Below are positions 1 to 8,620 of a stretch of 37,136 nucleotides of DNA, piece after piece. The DNA comes from Promethearchaeota archaeon (GTDB lineage: Archaea; Asgardarchaeota; Thorarchaeia; Thorarchaeales; Thorarchaeaceae), in the NCBI GenBank assembly GCA_048939765.1, contig JBHLPF010000012.1:41351-78486 (forward strand), given 5' to 3'. Position numbers and translations under genes: made by a program. Numbering within the stretch: the stretch's first letter is position 1; each line of letters begins with the position of its first letter. The notes below the pieces were generated by a model. The model saw only the letters and a list, made by a program, of their open reading frames with translations, made no database searches and was not told where the DNA came from.

Positions 1-94
1 CTCTCGGCGATTGTCGGGAGCCATTGCCCTTCTTTTTCTCTCGTGCATCATGTTTATCAGAAGTGAGTCAGAACAAGACATCTTGTGAGCCGAT

Positions 95-1033
95 ATGCCA
101 CTCCGTGATGAACTCAACGGTTTCCTAAGAATGCCCAGATCGTTCTTTGGCATAAGAGAGCCTGAAACTGGGATTCCTGATGTGGGAGTGTTGGGTGTAC
201 CATATGATCTGACTTCTAGTCATATGCCAGGATGTCGTTTTGGTCCTGATGCCATCAGAGCAGCGACAGACTCTGAGAGGTCCCACAGCTTTCCTCTTAG
301 TATCGGTAAAGGCGCCATCATAGGGGATGAACCGCTGTCAAAGCTCATAACCTTGGAAGATATTGGCGACCTTGAGGTAATGGGACGCCTTCCTGAAGCT
401 GCCCAAGTCGATATCTCAGAAGCTGCCGCTAAGCTTGCTTCATTAGAACCCAATTACCTGTTTCTGGGGGGCGATCACTTCATCACTTATCCGCTCCTAA
501 AGGGAATCAAACGCGCTAATCCTGGGCGATATGGGATTGTCTATTTTGATTCTCATGCTGACTTCTACGAAGATTATGGTGGATACTCATTATCACATGC
601 TACGACTCTCAGGCGGCTTGTCGAGGAGAAGGTCGTGGAGATTGAAGATGTAGTTGCATATGACCTTCGATCAGCTCTTCCTGAGCAGAGGAAGGCCCTT
701 CTCGGAGAGGATACTCTGGTTCATACCTTCGAGTCATTTCAGGAATCGCTTGATGCAGTATGCGAGCGTGTTGATTCGATATATGTGTCCATAGATCTTG
801 ATGTACTTAGGCCTAGTATCGAGTCTAGCGTCAGCCATCCAGAATCTGGTGGTCCTGATGTTGAAACGCTGGTCGCATTCATCAGAACCTGTTTTGCAAC
901 CGGAAAGGTTCGATACGTCGATGTGGTGGAACTGAATCCCTTGACTGACAAGTCCGGTTTCGGAGCCATCGCCGCACGTGATATTGTGAAGGAAGTCCTT
1001 ACTGGATTCGCTCTTCAGAAAGGCTTAAATTAG
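95..1033 (+). CDS. speB: Agmatinase / arginase-family ureohydrolase
   Basis: Motifs GVPYD, G.RFGP.AIR, GGDHFIT, DSHADF (DAHxD), SHAT, SIDLDVL and VELNP. Confidence 0.85.
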   Translation: MPLRDELNGFLRMPRSFFGIREPETGIPDVGVLGVPYDLTSSHMPGCRFGPDAIRAATDSERSHSFPLSIGKGAIIGDEPLSKLITLEDIGDLEVMGRLPEAAQVDISEAAAKLASLEPNYLFLGGDHFITYPLLKGIKRANPGRYGIVYFDSHADFYEDYGGYSLSHATTLRRLVEEKVVEIEDVVAYDLRSALPEQRKALLGEDTLVHTFESFQESLDAVCERVDSIYVSIDLDVLRPSIESSVSHPESGGPDVETLVAFIRTCFATGKVRYVDVVELNPLTDKSGFGAIAARDIVKEVLTGFALQKGLN

Positions 1034-1060
1034 TAGTAATTACACATAATTTCGGCAGAG

Positions 1061-1786
1061 ATGACAATTGCTGAAGAGAGAATAGAGCAAGTGAGCTCAC
1101 GAGCAGAGGCGACACTTAGGGAATTTGGATTTGGTGCACACGAGTCTTCGGTGATACTAGCGCTGAACCAGTTCGAGAGCGCAACTGTAGCTGATCTCTC
1201 TACTGCAACAGGAATCCATCACGCGAATCTGTATTCTGTTCTTGATGGTCTTGTATCTAGAGGTTTGGTCATTGAACATGAAGGTAGACCTAGGAGATTC
1301 GAGTTCACTCCATTATCCAACGCGAGAGACCTCCTATCCACAAAGTTGGACCAGCTTATTCTGGACATGGAGAGGATACAACAAGAGCGAGAAACCAAGC
1401 AGCATCTGCCCACGCTGATATACACAATCCGTGGCAGGTCTATAGTTGAATCAAAGATACAGGGCATGGTTTCGAAGGCAACAGAACGGATACTCCTCGT
1501 AACGCCCACCCTGGAGATGTTTGATGAGCCCTTGCACGTTGCATTGAAGACTGCATCTGAACGCGGTGTTTCGATACGATTGATAGTTGCGGAGGCGGCT
1601 GACGAGCTGGACTATAAGGTTGAGCAAAGAATCAGGGAAGATACACTCGCCGTGAATCTTGTGGTCGATGGTGCGGAAGCCCTGATTTCGATGCCTGACC
1701 TGTCGGTATGTGGATGGGCTGATAATGCACTGATATCTCTGCAGCTCGAGGGATTCCTTGAGCAGACATGGAATATGTCGAGGTAG
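1061..1786 (+). CDS. TrmB-family transcriptional regulator
   Basis: N-terminal wHTH (ATVADLS..TGI....LY.VL..LV.RGLV....GRPRRF) followed by a PLD-like effector domain (A.ERGVSIRLI, LVVDG.EALI). Confidence 0.9.
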   Translation: MTIAEERIEQVSSRAEATLREFGFGAHESSVILALNQFESATVADLSTATGIHHANLYSVLDGLVSRGLVIEHEGRPRRFEFTPLSNARDLLSTKLDQLILDMERIQQERETKQHLPTLIYTIRGRSIVESKIQGMVSKATERILLVTPTLEMFDEPLHVALKTASERGVSIRLIVAEAADELDYKVEQRIREDTLAVNLVVDGAEALISMPDLSVCGWADNALISLQLEGFLEQTWNMSR

Positions 1787-1792
1787 CACACT

Positions 1793-3166
1793 ATGGTAGA
1801 TTATGATGTTATTGTCGCTGGTGCTGGTACAGGAGGCGCAATTACAGCCCTCACTCTAGCCCAGAAAGGTCATTCAGTCTTGGTATTGGATAGAAAGGCG
1901 AGGGACACAATTGGCCTGAAGACTTGTGGGGACGCTCTAGGTGCCCATCACATCCGAGAGCTGAAGGAGATGATAGGTCTCCCTGACTTGCCGAAGGATA
2001 TTGTCGAACACCATGTTTCAGGAATGGACCTATACGCCCCTGATGGAGAGCACAAGCTCACAATGGTTGGAGAGACCACCAGGGGTTACTCGTTCAATCG
2101 TCACAAGATGGGACAGTGGTTGGTTTCTCTAGTGGAGAAAGCTGGTGCTGAGGTATCAGCTTCTACTCGAGTCAAGAAGCTGCTTTTTGAAGATGGAAAG
2201 GTCTCTGGAGTCAGAATCTCAAAGGAAGGGGAGGATGCTGAGAAGGACCTAACTGCAAGAATTGTTGTAGACGCAACAGGTGCCACTGGGATGCTCCGCC
2301 GTCAGCTACCAGACAGTTCACCCATTGAGAAGACTGTGGCAAAGGAAGATCAAATGGTCGCATGGAGAGACATCTACGAGACTCCAGAATACGAATTCGA
2401 GACCCCAGACATCCTAGAGATTCATTGGAATCAGGAACAGACACCTGGGGGGTATACGTGGGTCTTTCCCGCGGGTTCCCACAGAGTCAATGTTGGGCTT
2501 GGGGTCATGATGATTCCAGGTTATACCCATCCAAAGACAATCTTCGATAGATTCGTCAGGACTAACTGGGATTTCATGAAAACCAAACTCATGACATACG
2601 ACAGCAGTGGAGGGATTGCTCCCATTCGGCGTCCTATAGACACAATGGTGGATGACAACTTCATGCTGGTTGGAGACTCAGCATGCCAAGTCAATCCGAT
2701 CCATGGAGGTGGAATTGGCTCCTCCATGCTGGGAGGCGTCCACGCCGCAAATGTTGCGTCTGATGCCATTGAGAGAAATGACACGTCCATTGAATCTTTG
2801 TGGGCCTACAATCCGCGATATATGGAAGCTTACGGAATAAAGCAAGCATCACTTGATGTCTTTAGATGGTTCTTGCTCAATGTCACAAATGACGAGATTA
2901 ACTTCGCATTTCAGAAAGGAATTGTCAAGGGGATTGATTTGCTCAGTGTCAGTATAACGGGCAAGATGGAGATTGGAATGGGTGACAAGTTCAAGCGATT
3001 GGTATCTGGTATCGGGAATATCCCGCTGCTTCGAAGAGTAAACAAGGTAGCCGGCTTGATGGAAGACGTGAAAGAAGTCTATAGACAATATCCCGACTCA
3101 CCAAAAGGACTTGAAGCTTGGAAAGCTCGTTTAATCCCCATTTACGAAGCTGCAAAGGCATTGTAA
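1793..3166 (+). CDS. Geranylgeranyl reductase (digeranylgeranylglycerophospholipid reductase-like)
   Basis: YDVIVAGAGTGG FAD motif, KTCGD, VVDATG, PGGYTWVFP (PxxYxWxFP), LVGDSA.QVNPIHGGG. Confidence 0.92.
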   Translation: MVDYDVIVAGAGTGGAITALTLAQKGHSVLVLDRKARDTIGLKTCGDALGAHHIRELKEMIGLPDLPKDIVEHHVSGMDLYAPDGEHKLTMVGETTRGYSFNRHKMGQWLVSLVEKAGAEVSASTRVKKLLFEDGKVSGVRISKEGEDAEKDLTARIVVDATGATGMLRRQLPDSSPIEKTVAKEDQMVAWRDIYETPEYEFETPDILEIHWNQEQTPGGYTWVFPAGSHRVNVGLGVMMIPGYTHPKTIFDRFVRTNWDFMKTKLMTYDSSGGIAPIRRPIDTMVDDNFMLVGDSACQVNPIHGGGIGSSMLGGVHAANVASDAIERNDTSIESLWAYNPRYMEAYGIKQASLDVFRWFLLNVTNDEINFAFQKGIVKGIDLLSVSITGKMEIGMGDKFKRLVSGIGNIPLLRRVNKVAGLMEDVKEVYRQYPDSPKGLEAWKARLIPIYEAAKAL

Positions 3167-4146
3167 TGAATCTCGGACTAGTGCATTATATGAGAAGTAT
3201 AGGAATCGCAGGGGGCGTTCCTCTCTACGCTAAAGATGACTCATTTCTCTCGTATTTCAACAGCCCATATATTGGTCACAAGCGCAGCAGTTCCATAGAT
3301 GTGTATCCGTCACATCAATCATGGAACGGACCGGCATTCTCTCCTGTAGATGGAAGAGTACTACGAGTCAAGAAGCTAAGAATGGGGATGAAGAAAGTCT
3401 TCCCCACATCTGATTCTGACTATGCTATCGCTATCACTCCTGAAGAGGACGACGAGGTTGTTGTCCGAGTGTTACATTGTACACCGAGCTTGTCAGAAGG
3501 CGATCTTGTATCAAAAGGCGATGTGATTGGTGAGCTTCTCAGGTCACGCTACTTCTGCTTTTGGACAAGGCCTCATTATCATTTAGATGTCATGGATTCA
3601 AAACACTTCCTTAGGTCCTCTCAGTCATTCCCGCTCAATCTTGAATTGAAGCCAGCTCAAGTAATCTCTGGAGATGACACGAATCAGTTTGAATGCGAAG
3701 TGATTAGCTGTACTAAATCTGTGATCGTTGTGGTAGCAAAACGCCAAGCGTTTGTGAAAGCAGGTGACTGGTACGGTCATCTGGCCATATTGGGTGATAA
3801 TGGCAATATAGGACTCATAGATGCAGGTATTCCACACTATGAGCAGGGAGGGATAGTTGGATCTAGCTTGGTTCAAACTGGCGCAACAATTAGAGTATGG
3901 AACACTGAGGTTGGACGAGTTACTGACTCAAGAGAGGGAATGGCAGTGTTCTCAACTGATTTGAGTTTCAGAGTGTTTCTGGGGCAATACAGAATGAGGG
4001 GGATTTCACATCACCTTTATTCAAAACATCAGCTTGCGAATAATAGCCCACCAATCATTTTGATACCACTCTCGTACGGACAGTATGAGGGCAAATTGAG
4101 TGAGGGTGATCGGTTTGTGCTATCAACCTCTCTTCAAAGAATATAG
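3166..4146 (+). CDS. Conserved archaeal hypothetical protein with M23/LytM-like metallopeptidase motifs
   Basis: ATG at 3166 overlaps the GGR stop (TAATG). Contains NSPY.GH....IDVYP, SPVDGRV, GD.V.KGD.IG and PHYHLDV. Confidence 0.6.
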   Translation: MNLGLVHYMRSIGIAGGVPLYAKDDSFLSYFNSPYIGHKRSSSIDVYPSHQSWNGPAFSPVDGRVLRVKKLRMGMKKVFPTSDSDYAIAITPEEDDEVVVRVLHCTPSLSEGDLVSKGDVIGELLRSRYFCFWTRPHYHLDVMDSKHFLRSSQSFPLNLELKPAQVISGDDTNQFECEVISCTKSVIVVVAKRQAFVKAGDWYGHLAILGDNGNIGLIDAGIPHYEQGGIVGSSLVQTGATIRVWNTEVGRVTDSREGMAVFSTDLSFRVFLGQYRMRGISHHLYSKHQLANNSPPIILIPLSYGQYEGKLSEGDRFVLSTSLQRI

Positions 4147-4189
4147 TTGCTGAATCAATGGCGGATGTCTATCATCTCATCTGTAAAAT

Positions 4190-4356
4190 CAAGAAAAAGA
4201 TAGAGAGGAGAAATGAATTCACACATAGCTTAGAAGCATTGTATGCTGCAAACATGATTGCATACGTATTAAGAATGAAGGTGGAATCTTCAAGTCCAGC
4301 ACTTCGAGAACGCAAGGAAGGCAAGAACAACGTCCTATATACTTGAAGATTCCATG
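4190..4356 (-). ncRNA. Putative small RNA with two hairpins and a U-rich end
   Basis: Perfect 14-bp inverted repeat at 4282-4295/4341-4354. Second hairpin at 4241-4265. TATATATA at 4377-4384 upstream on the minus strand. Pyrimidine/U tract at about 4190-4215. Confidence 0.45.
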
Positions 4357-4371
4357 TGATAGTATTACGTG
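4355..4371. promoter_or_regulatory. Operator copy 1 (TGTGATAGTATTACG)
   Basis: The 13 bp ATAGTATTACGTG (4359-4371) is identical to 4540-4552 and lies next to a TATA-like element. Confidence 0.6.
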
Positions 4372-4518
4372 TTACGTATATATATCCTGCTATTGAATTG
4401 AATTGTGACCAGAATTGCGCATCTGGCTGTTGAATTGAATATAGAACAAATGGAGATTGCTTACAAGCTGAGATCAATCTACAAGGGAGAGTCAATTAGG
4501 GCATTGTAGATGACATAG

Positions 4519-4552
4519 TTTATAAGTAATGATATCGTAATAGTATTACGTG
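4519..4552 (+). promoter_or_regulatory. TATA box plus palindromic operator copy 2 upstream of the RHH gene
   Basis: TTTATAAG at 4519-4526. Perfect palindrome CGTAATA-G-TATTACG at 4536-4550. Confidence 0.65.
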
Positions 4553-4602
4553 GAAAGATATACCGGAATACAATGTTAGATATGATTGAAACAGGTGATT
4601 AG

Positions 4603-4935
4603 ATGGCTGATAAGAAGAGTACATCAAAAAGCGCTGCACAGCTTAGCCTCAGAGAAGAACTTCTTGGGGAGCTTTCAGCAGAGGAATTTAGTCTTAAAAA
4701 GCGAGAAGTATCTGTGATGACCCGGATGAGTATGGATATTGTCGAAATCCTTGATGCTCTTGTTGAACTTGAGATTTTTAAGAGCCGATCAGAAGCAGTT
4801 GCAGCTTTTGTCGAGAAGTCAATCGTATCTCGTCATGACCTATTCGACGAAATAAAGGTACAGGCAAAGGAAATTACTCGAATGCGTGAAACCGCTAAGC
4901 AGCTTGCATTTAAGGCAATGCAGGACAAAAGCTGA
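4603..4935 (+). CDS. Ribbon-helix-helix (CopG/NikR-like) regulator with a C-terminal helix
   Basis: VSVMTRM...IVEILDALVELEIFKSRSEAVAAFV matches the RHH pattern (strand, LD.LV, SRSEA). SD AGGTGA lies upstream. Confidence 0.75.
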   Translation: MADKKSTSKSAAQLSLREELLGELSAEEFSLKKREVSVMTRMSMDIVEILDALVELEIFKSRSEAVAAFVEKSIVSRHDLFDEIKVQAKEITRMRETAKQLAFKAMQDKS

Positions 4936-5134
4936 GCAATGCATTCCAACCTAATTCTGATAGAAGTCATGGTAGACAGGTGGGGGACCCTAATCCAATA
5001 GTAACTCATGCTTCAGGCGAAATCATTCCCAGACTTGTGCAGATTGGCTCATCAGATCCCACTCCTTGCCCGGTTGATTGTACGAAAGGGCATAAACGTT
5101 CCCTCTAATCTCGGGAGAGCGACACGGTTAAAGC

Positions 5135-6145
5135 GTGAAGGCACAACCGTCGAGATTGATTGAGTTGGTCGAGAGAATCCGTCTTTCCATTGGAACCGCA
5201 ATTCAGATGGGACTGGAAACGGGGGAATTGGATGAATGCTTCTCGACAGCATTTCTAATGACATACACGAAAGGACGCTGTAGTGCTAACTGCGCATTTT
5301 GTCCTCAGGCTAGGGAAAGCAAATCATCGTCTGATCGCCTTTCTAGAATCTCATGGCCTGTCTATAGCTGGGACGATATCGTGGGGCAATTCTCAGAAGA
5401 GTCGCCTTTTAAGCGCATATGCATTCAGGTTCTGAATTCGCCCAACATTGTTGATGATGTTGAGCGAATAGTCACGAAACTTAGAGACACGACACAGATT
5501 CCCATCTCAGTCTCAATTCATCCTCTATCAGTAGATGAGATGATGAGGCTGCATGCGGCAGGAGCTACCGGCATTGGCATCGCCCTGGACGCGTGCACCG
5601 AAACTCTGTTCAACAAGATCAAAGGAGAAGAGCGCGAGTCACCATACAGGTGGCAGAGTCATATCGAAGCTTTATCCAATGCCCTTGCAGTGTTCGGCGA
5701 GGGGAATGTTGCTACACATCTAATTGTGGGACTAGGTGAATCTGAGGAAGAGATCATCAGGTTTCTGAAAGAAATGAAACGCCTTAAGGTTCGGGTGGGT
5801 CTCTTTGCATTCACGAACATTCGAGGAACGGCGTTGGAGCACTGGAGTCAACCAGATGTGACAACTTACAGACGGGTTCAGGTTGTTCATTACCTCCTCA
5901 ATAATGGAATCCTTGACGATGATCAAATCAGAGTAGCCCAGACCGGAGAGATTCAACTGGATCTATCCCCGAACCGCTTGAAGGAAATCTTATCATCTGG
6001 AGCCGCGTTTCAGACATCCGGCTGTAAGGACTGCAATCGCCCTTACTATAATGAGCGTCCGAGTGGGCCGCTCTACAACTACCCACGACCTCTCACGCAA
6101 GAGGAAGTAAAAGAGGCAATTGCTGATACTGGCTTGGTGAGTTGA
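5135..6145 (+). CDS. lipS2: Radical SAM protein, archaeal-type lipoyl synthase subunit LipS2
   Basis: CxxxCxxC (CSANCAFC). C-terminal TSGCKDCNRP resembles the LipS2 TxGCPxC(N/D)RP motif. Directly upstream of lipoate ligase genes. Confidence 0.75.
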   Translation: MKAQPSRLIELVERIRLSIGTAIQMGLETGELDECFSTAFLMTYTKGRCSANCAFCPQARESKSSSDRLSRISWPVYSWDDIVGQFSEESPFKRICIQVLNSPNIVDDVERIVTKLRDTTQIPISVSIHPLSVDEMMRLHAAGATGIGIALDACTETLFNKIKGEERESPYRWQSHIEALSNALAVFGEGNVATHLIVGLGESEEEIIRFLKEMKRLKVRVGLFAFTNIRGTALEHWSQPDVTTYRRVQVVHYLLNNGILDDDQIRVAQTGEIQLDLSPNRLKEILSSGAAFQTSGCKDCNRPYYNERPSGPLYNYPRPLTQEEVKEAIADTGLVS

Positions 6146-6146
6146 G

Positions 6147-6914
6147 ATGGAAGAGGTCCGTTTCCTTGGCCTTACTACCAATGACGCGTACATGAACATG
6201 GCAATTGATGAATCAATTATGCTTGCAATGAAAGCGGGCCATGTTCCCCCGACTCTTCGTTTCTATCGATGGAATCCTTCTGCTGTTTCGATAGGCACTT
6301 TTCAGGGAATGACTGAGGAGGTTGATTTGAACTTCTGCAAAAGCCAAGAGATCGATTATATCAGAAGAATCACGGGAGGAGGGGCAGTCTACCATGATTT
6401 TGATGGGGAGATCACTTACAGCATTATCTTACCAAAGGGACACAGACTTGCTTCAGATGATATCATAGAGTCCTATCGCTTACTATGTGGAGGAGTAGTA
6501 AAAGCACTCGAGCATCTCGGGATTGCAGGAGAATTCAAACCAATCAATGATGTGATTGCAAGCGGAAAGAAGGTTTCTGGGAACGCTCAGACTCGAAGGC
6601 ACTTGTGTGTACTTCAACATGGTACTATCCTGCTTGACCTGGACGTGGAAACTATGTTCTCAGTCCTTAAGGTTCCTGAAGAGAAGATTTCTGACAAGAT
6701 GATAGCAGATGTCAAGGAGCGAGTCACTTCAGTTAGAGACCTATTGAATCGAGCAGTGTCGTTTGAGGAATTAGCAGAGGCCCTAGAGGTTGGTTTTTCC
6801 AAAGCTCTGGCAATTGACCTCATTCTTGGCGATTTGACAACTGAAGAAACTCAGACTGCTGTGCGTCTTAGATCTGAGAGGTATAGCCAAGATGAGTGGA
6901 ATCTCAGGAGGTGA
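6147..6914 (+). CDS. lplA: Lipoate-protein ligase, catalytic (N) subunit
   Basis: NMAIDE, PTLRFYRW, RRITGGGAVYHD, KKVSGNAQ, LQHGT. Confidence 0.95.
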   Translation: MEEVRFLGLTTNDAYMNMAIDESIMLAMKAGHVPPTLRFYRWNPSAVSIGTFQGMTEEVDLNFCKSQEIDYIRRITGGGAVYHDFDGEITYSIILPKGHRLASDDIIESYRLLCGGVVKALEHLGIAGEFKPINDVIASGKKVSGNAQTRRHLCVLQHGTILLDLDVETMFSVLKVPEEKISDKMIADVKERVTSVRDLLNRAVSFEELAEALEVGFSKALAIDLILGDLTTEETQTAVRLRSERYSQDEWNLRR

Positions 6915-6919
6915 TTTTG

Positions 6920-7213
6920 ATGAGTTACTACAGCCATAAAGTTCCAGGAGGCAAGCTCATCAAAGTGAAGGTTGAATCAAAGGATGATCGCATCCAGGAG
7001 ATCACTCTTCTGGGTGATTTCTTTCTGCACCCAGAGCATGTGCTAGAGGAGATTGAGGAGTCGCTGCTAGGTGTCAGACTCTCTAAGGATGCTGTGATAG
7101 AGAAGCTGAAGGCAGTGCTAGACGAGAACAATGCAACAGTAATTGGTGCAGATGCTGAGGATTTCGCTGAAGCCATTATAGCAGCATGGATGAGCTTAGA
7201 CCACAACCCATAA
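6920..7213 (+). CDS. lplB: Lipoate-protein ligase accessory (C) subunit
   Basis: KVPGGKLIKV and GDFFLHPE. SD GGAGGTGA precedes ATG 6920. Confidence 0.9.
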   Translation: MSYYSHKVPGGKLIKVKVESKDDRIQEITLLGDFFLHPEHVLEEIEESLLGVRLSKDAVIEKLKAVLDENNATVIGADAEDFAEAIIAAWMSLDHNP

Positions 7214-7248
7214 CACTCAGCAAGCTGTCGTCAGTTTAGTGACTTGCA

Positions 7249-8118
7249 TTGAAGCTGGCCAGATTTGTAGAAGGTTCACGAGTTGTTGCTGGTTTAGTGA
7301 TTAATGACCGCATCGAAATGTACGACTCTTTGGGATCGGATCCATTCGGCGATTTCATTGAACAATATCAACCAGACGAAATAGGATTGAACGAATTCAT
7401 AGAATCAATGATAGAAGGGCAGGACTCATTGTCCTATGATTTGTCTTGGGTTGAGCCCCGTTTAATCGTGCCAATGGTGCCTTCCGAGGTATGGGCAGCG
7501 GGTGTCACATACAAGAGAAGTGTGGAGGCCCGTGAGGATGAGACCGGCGTGAAGGGAATATACGACATGGTCTATGAATCAGAGCGTCCAGAGATTCTCA
7601 TCAAGGGGCTTGGCTATAGAACTGTGGGCCCAAATGACATCATCTGCATTAGGAGTGATTCCACTTGGAATGTTCCAGAACCAGAGTTTACTCTGGTCTA
7701 TGGGGAGAAGAAGGTCGTTGCATATATGATTGGCAATGATGTCAGCTCAAGAGATATTGAGGGTGAGAATCCACTGTATCTTCCACAGGCAAAAGTATGG
7801 CGCAATTCATGTTCTATCGGACCGTATCTTGTAACAGCAAACGAGGTGAAGGATCCGCGCAATGTTGGAATCTCCTTGGTCATTCATCGTGATGGTGACA
7901 TCGTATTCTCAGGTGAAACAAGCACCGCCAACATGAAGAGGAGATTTGAGGAGCTCACTGAGCATCTCTTCAGGGACAATCCAGTCCCTAGAGGGACAGT
8001 GATGTTAACTGGTGTAGGAGTGGTGCCCCCTGATGATTTCACGCTCAAACACGGTGACTTAGTCGAAATCACAATGGAAGGATTAGGAACCATGAGAAAC
8101 TATGTGCATCAACTGTGA
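7249..8118 (+). CDS. Fumarylacetoacetate hydrolase family; 2-keto-3-deoxy-pentonate dehydratase (KdaD/XylX)-like
   Basis: EVWAAGVTY.RS, RSDSTWNVPEPE, GNDVSSRDIEGENPLYLPQAK. Confidence 0.85.
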   Translation: MKLARFVEGSRVVAGLVINDRIEMYDSLGSDPFGDFIEQYQPDEIGLNEFIESMIEGQDSLSYDLSWVEPRLIVPMVPSEVWAAGVTYKRSVEAREDETGVKGIYDMVYESERPEILIKGLGYRTVGPNDIICIRSDSTWNVPEPEFTLVYGEKKVVAYMIGNDVSSRDIEGENPLYLPQAKVWRNSCSIGPYLVTANEVKDPRNVGISLVIHRDGDIVFSGETSTANMKRRFEELTEHLFRDNPVPRGTVMLTGVGVVPPDDFTLKHGDLVEITMEGLGTMRNYVHQL

Positions 8119-8157
8119 CGCCTGCAAAGAGTGAAATACTTGGATACATTTCATAGT

Positions 8158-8544
8158 ATGATTGCAATGTCTGTGTTTGATAATGACATGAAGATAAGGA
8201 AGATAGATGCTGATATTGACAAGTTCAAGGAGGACCTTCGTCTAGCAGAATCACAGCTTCAAGGTATTGATTCTCGCCTTGATGTTGATGTCGAACGCTA
8301 CCGTAGTGCTGCAAAAGCACGAAGGGATGAGTATGATGCCATAAGGCAGAGAGCCAAAGCAGCGGAAAATGCTTGGAAGTCTGCTGACAAGGATTTTCAA
8401 CATGCCAAAAAACAAAAGGACAAGCAAGTATCGGACCTAAAGAAACGTGTTGAGAATCTAAGAAAGCGGATCAAAGATGCCGCTAAGACTCGCAACAATC
8501 GAATCAGAGAGATAGAGAGGGAGAGAGAAAGGCAGCGGGCATGA
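8158..8544 (+). CDS. Small, highly charged coiled-coil protein
   Basis: K/R/E/D-rich heptad pattern throughout. Start could be 8158 or 8167. Confidence 0.7.
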   Translation: MIAMSVFDNDMKIRKIDADIDKFKEDLRLAESQLQGIDSRLDVDVERYRSAAKARRDEYDAIRQRAKAAENAWKSADKDFQHAKKQKDKQVSDLKKRVENLRKRIKDAAKTRNNRIREIERERERQRA

Positions 8545-8620
8545 TAGGGAAAGAAAAAGCTAAAGTATAGGGGCGTTTGACAAACAAGCCTAGAAACCAC
8601 ACCTGCCGCCAAAGAGAGGA

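Noticed and set aside
4172-4495. ORF-track entries 4172..4495 (-) and 4158..4346 (+)
   Set aside because: They run through promoter, operator and hairpin elements, have no SD, and show no family resemblance.
4990-5055. Minus-strand CUGAUGAG (hammerhead or C-box-like) and a mini-ORF MSQSAQVWE-UGA-FRLKHELLLD as a possible selenopeptide
   Set aside because: No GAAA core for a hammerhead, the second C/D guide would be too short, and there is no redox motif or recognisable SECIS.
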